Below, piece by piece: positions 14,845 through 17,976 of a stretch of DNA of 17,976 nucleotides. How positions within the stretch are numbered: the stretch's first letter is position 1; each line of letters starts with the position of its first letter. A program made the position numbers and the translations under genes. This stretch comes from Kofleriaceae bacterium (lineage in GTDB: Bacteria; Myxococcota_A; Polyangia; Haliangiales; Haliangiaceae). The stretch lies in the NCBI GenBank assembly GCA_033763475.1, contig JANRKM010000120.1, positions 64,001-81,976 on the forward strand, in the 5' to 3' direction. The notes beneath the pieces are model-generated. The model was not told the origin of the DNA. It saw only the letters and a list, made by a program, of their open reading frames with translations, and did no database searches.

Positions 14845-16647
14845 ATGCCTGGAGACTCTCAACGCGAACATGCACCGGTAGCCAGCGGCCCCACAGCGAA
14901 ACCCGAGGTCGCCCCCACGAAAGCGAAGCAGCCCACACCGACTCCGAGCCACGTCGACAAGCTCGCTGGCGCGGCGCCGATGCCCTCGCCGCGCTTCGCG
15001 TACGCACCAAAGATCGATCTCGGTGATGTGGTGGTCGGTGATCGCTCGACGCACGAGACGTCCGTCTACGCACTCGACGCCACGGGCCAGGGTCCGCGGG
15101 TCGACGCGACCGTCTCGGGCGATCCCGCGTTCTCGTTGTCGCGGGCGCCCCTCTTCCTGCCTGCAATCGGCGGAACCTTCGATCCGAGCTACGGGTTCAA
15201 GCTGGACTTTCGTCCCACGCGCGCCGGCACGTTCGAAGGGACGCTGACGGTTCATGTTCTCGACGCAACCAACGAGACATTCCACATTCCGCTGCGCGCT
15301 GGGGCCCACGCGCCCGGCGGCAGGACCCGCACCGAGCAGGCCGTCGCGCGTACCACGTCCGAGGCCAAGAACGTCCAGGAGTTGCTCCGGCACGCGCATG
15401 ACGCGGAGACGGACGCCACGATTGCCGCCGAGTGGACGCAGATGGAGCCGTATCCGTCCGGTGCCAAGGCCAAGCTCGATTCGTTGCGAATCGATGCCCT
15501 CGCCGCTCTCGGAACACTCGACATCAAACAGCAAGGAGGCATCGCCGTCGCATCCGAAGAGATCGGCAAGTTCCAGCGGAAGCCTCCGGCGGGGAATGAC
15601 TCGTTGCTCGAGCAGCTCGCATTTGCCGCGCTCGATCTCGCGACGGCGAGCATCGCCGGCGCTGTCGCAGGCAGGCTGAAGGGACTCGTCAAAATCGCGG
15701 CCACCCCCAACGTCTCTGCGCAGGTCCCACATCCGATGCTGCCACAACGACGAGCAAAGCCCGAAGGGAAGCCCATCGAAGCCGATGAAGGCATCATCGG
15801 GCTCTTCACCGACGGGATGAAGCACCTCGTGAAGGCGAGCGGCACACACGCCAAGCACGCGTTGAAGGGCTCACCGAGCACGGCCAGTGCAGCATGGAGC
15901 AGCGAGGTCGACACGAGCGCAGAGCTCGGGACGTACGCGAAGTTCTCGGCCGACCCAACGGCGCAGTTCATCGCCATCCAGACGGATGGACTCGCGGATC
16001 TATCGCATGGCCGCAAGACCCGCTCCGCGGTTCGCGCCTACGATGCCTTGCTGCCGATGCTGCGCACCCGCCCGGAGCATGCGATCGCGAGCATGCAGGC
16101 CATCGTTACCGCCTTGAGCGAGGCCGCCAGCGACGTCACACAGACACAGGCAGAGCAGTCGGTCCGCCACTGGGTCCGCTACCTCCAGGCGAGCTCACCA
16201 GGAACTGCGAATCGTCCGTTCAGCCAGGAGGCGCCGATGGACAAGATCGACGGCATGATCGACGTCCGGTTGAGCGCCGATGCACGCCCAGCCGAGCCCG
16301 TCCAGGCCGTGGGCGCACGCCTCTTCGGGGTGAGGAAGGCTGTCGTCGAGAGGTTAGCGAAACACTCCATGCGCGATCTGGGACTGACAGTCCGTGCGCA
16401 CAGCAATCTTCGATCGCCTTCGGCGTCGATCACGGTAGTTCGCGCGCCAGACGGAACCATCGAGTTCTCGGAGAACCCGACACCGGAGAGCCACACGCAG
16501 GGTTGGTTCGCGCGCCGTGCGGAAGCCTTCGGAGCTGGACGGGATGCGCCGCGTGGAGCGCGTATGTTGATTGAGGAGATCTTGCCAAAATCGCTTGGGG
16601 AGGTTGCGCATGGTGCGTCGAACATCGAGAACGACAGTGTCGACTGA
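14845..16647 (+). CDS. Hypothetical protein, 600 aa. Pro/Thr/Lys-rich disordered N-terminus, a probable beta-sandwich region (~aa 50-150) and a large alpha-rich remainder. An alternative start is ATG 14980 (MPSPRF...).
   Basis: Uninterrupted ORF whose GC is lower than the rest of the window. No signal peptide. No motif I can assign. Confidence 0.5.
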   Translation: MPGDSQREHAPVASGPTAKPEVAPTKAKQPTPTPSHVDKLAGAAPMPSPRFAYAPKIDLGDVVVGDRSTHETSVYALDATGQGPRVDATVSGDPAFSLSRAPLFLPAIGGTFDPSYGFKLDFRPTRAGTFEGTLTVHVLDATNETFHIPLRAGAHAPGGRTRTEQAVARTTSEAKNVQELLRHAHDAETDATIAAEWTQMEPYPSGAKAKLDSLRIDALAALGTLDIKQQGGIAVASEEIGKFQRKPPAGNDSLLEQLAFAALDLATASIAGAVAGRLKGLVKIAATPNVSAQVPHPMLPQRRAKPEGKPIEADEGIIGLFTDGMKHLVKASGTHAKHALKGSPSTASAAWSSEVDTSAELGTYAKFSADPTAQFIAIQTDGLADLSHGRKTRSAVRAYDALLPMLRTRPEHAIASMQAIVTALSEAASDVTQTQAEQSVRHWVRYLQASSPGTANRPFSQEAPMDKIDGMIDVRLSADARPAEPVQAVGARLFGVRKAVVERLAKHSMRDLGLTVRAHSNLRSPSASITVVRAPDGTIEFSENPTPESHTQGWFARRAEAFGAGRDAPRGARMLIEEILPKSLGEVAHGASNIENDSVD

Positions 16648-17293
16648 ACGGCTGCCGCTTGTTGTCGTTGCAGCGGTCGCCGCCTGTGGAGGGACTTCTT
16701 CGATCGAGATCGTTCCCGGTCAGATCGAGACGGTCACCATGCGGGCATCCAATCGCAAAGATGGACTGGCGCACCAAGTGTCGGTGGTGGTGCCGAAACA
16801 CTACAAGCACGAGCGCGACGAGCTTTCCAGCCAGCGCTGGGGAGCGCCGCGCGTCCCATCGCTGACCATCGACTATGGCTACACCAACCGTGACGAAGCA
16901 ATCCGCGCGCAGTTCGAGCATGCGCGAAAGCCGTGTCGAGAGCTGAGTGGATTGCCGCAGGTCGAGATGCGGCGCGAGGTGTTGCCCGATGGGTTCCAGG
17001 TGATGTGCGGCTTTGAGAACGAGACAACCGCTCGGCCGAACGAGGTGTTGCGGTTCATTCGCGTCGATGACGCGCTCTTGCTCTGCAACATGATGGGGAT
17101 GGACCGGCTCTCAGATTCTGAGGTGAAGGCTGTCTGGATGGCCTGCGCATCGGTCGTGGTTCAGATCCCACACATGATCGTCCCACCGCCGCGATTTGGT
17201 CCACGCGAGCGGTGGAGCATGGAGCTCGTGAAATTCGACGATGGATGGACGGGGTGGAAGACCCTTCGCCATCAGCTGCCTGAGACCGACTGA
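16610..17293 (+). CDS. Hypothetical lipoprotein (MVRRTSRTTVSTERLPLVVVAAVAACGG...), ~227 aa. It overlaps the 3' end of the upstream ORF by 38 nt.
   Basis: Strong SD GGGGAGG at 16597-16603, 6 nt before ATG 16610. Signal peptide plus lipobox VAAC. The track ORF 16571 begins at a TTG further upstream. Low GC (~58-60%). Confidence 0.5.
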   Translation: MVRRTSRTTVSTERLPLVVVAAVAACGGTSSIEIVPGQIETVTMRASNRKDGLAHQVSVVVPKHYKHERDELSSQRWGAPRVPSLTIDYGYTNRDEAIRAQFEHARKPCRELSGLPQVEMRREVLPDGFQVMCGFENETTARPNEVLRFIRVDDALLLCNMMGMDRLSDSEVKAVWMACASVVVQIPHMIVPPPRFGPRERWSMELVKFDDGWTGWKTLRHQLPETD

Positions 17294-17350
17294 CGTTTCC
17301 AGCGCCTGGACGCGCGCAACCGCGCACGGCCTACGTCGATAGACGGGGCC

Positions 17351-17866
17351 ATGCAAGGGATCGGCTATGGTGACGCCAGTCAGGTTCTGTCGGATCGCAT
17401 TCGCTGGGCGCGCGCCCTGCTCGCGCAGCTGATCGATCGCGGGCGCGAGGAGGGCTGGGTGCCCGGGACCCGGACTCCACTCGCAGCCGATCCACGTGCG
17501 ATCGAGGACGAGATCGCCACGCGCCTCGAGTCTACGTTGTCCACGCCGATCATCGTGCCGATGGAGTGGCTCGCGTTGCGGCTCGAGCTATCCGGGCCCG
17601 AGCTAGCCGCGCTGTGGCTGTTGTCCTGCGTCGAGGTCTCGCCGGCGCTCTCGCGGCTCGCGCACGCGCTGGGCACGGCCGACGGGCCCGAGCTCAGCCT
17701 TCAGATCGTGCGGCAGTTGATCCCACTGAATGATCTGTCGCTCGACTCGCTCGAGCGCCGAGGGCTGATCGAGCTGACCGACGATCATGATCGAGGGCAT
17801 CACCGGCGCACCCTGCGGGCCTCGGACCGCGTCGTCGCGGTCGAAATCAAGGTTGTTGTCGCATGA
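17351..17866 (+). CDS. Hypothetical protein, 171 aa.
   Basis: Clean ORF with a moderate coding signature. Acidic/Leu-rich helical sequence (PMEWLALRLELSGPELAALWLLSCVEVSPALSRLAHAL). No assignable domain. Confidence 0.4.
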   Translation: MQGIGYGDASQVLSDRIRWARALLAQLIDRGREEGWVPGTRTPLAADPRAIEDEIATRLESTLSTPIIVPMEWLALRLELSGPELAALWLLSCVEVSPALSRLAHALGTADGPELSLQIVRQLIPLNDLSLDSLERRGLIELTDDHDRGHHRRTLRASDRVVAVEIKVVVA

Positions 17867-17976
17867 AAGTTGTCGACGTCAGTTCGTGTGTGCCTCCGGG
17901 TTGAGGGTGACGGTGTCGGGGCGTTCCCACGAGCGAGTAGGACCGGCCCATCGTTCTGGATGGCGTTCGCGCGCCT

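Noticed and set aside
17351-17866. Impression that the 171 aa ORF resembles N-terminal helical domains found in front of some AAA+ ATPases.
   Set aside because: This is based on vague pattern memory only (L-x-L-x-L-S-x-x-E-L-x-x-L-x-L acidic helices). No ATPase motif is present and the ORF terminates. It is left as a hypothetical protein.
17866-17976. Weak resemblance (CAGTTCGTGT, AAGTTG) between the window end and parts of the 12205-12421 repeat element.
   Set aside because: Only ~10-mer matches without the core GGGACGGTTTCAAC motif. This is compatible with chance in a GC-rich genome.

Overview
The window is about 70% GC chromosomal DNA. Its gene content looks myxobacterial (Myxococcota/Polyangia-like), which is an inference from composition and gene content.

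Left half (1-9230): three secreted Cys-rich lipoprotein genes lie between two very large eukaryotic-like Ser/Thr kinases.
- One kinase on the + strand carries an N-terminal H-x3-C-x2-C zinc-finger (anti-sigma-like) motif, then a kinase domain and a long TPR/helical tail.
- The other, convergent on the - strand, is a kinase fused to a P-loop NTPase (GPPGIGKS) and a long helical/TPR tail, a STAND-like layout.
- Two adjacent, unrelated lipoprotein genes carry nearly identical ~60 bp leader/upstream elements.
- One lipoprotein contains an internal tandem duplication of an 8-Cys module.

Middle (9356-14786): housekeeping or accessory genes.
- rtcA (RNA 3'-phosphate cyclase) has no rtcB/rtcR nearby and overlaps a DUF423 membrane protein gene.
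- Further on are a phospholipid-scramblase-family gene, a hypothetical membrane protein, an MscS-family channel, and a LysR regulator divergent from a CxxCxxCC (YkgJ-type) protein.
- Between the convergent ends of the hypothetical gene and mscS sits a ~215 bp element: four copies of an 18 bp motif (GGGACGGTTTCAACTTGC), two direct and two inverted, with 21 bp perfect terminal inverted repeats. It is probably a MITE-like mobile repeat or a multi-site operator.

Right end (14845-17866): a lower-GC block encodes three proteins of unknown function. A 600 aa protein with a Pro/Thr/Lys-rich N-terminus is translationally overlapped by a lipoprotein gene, and a further 171 aa ORF follows. This is the best candidate for a horizontally acquired, uncharacterised cassette.

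The many long antisense ORFs in the track are GC-rich frame artefacts.
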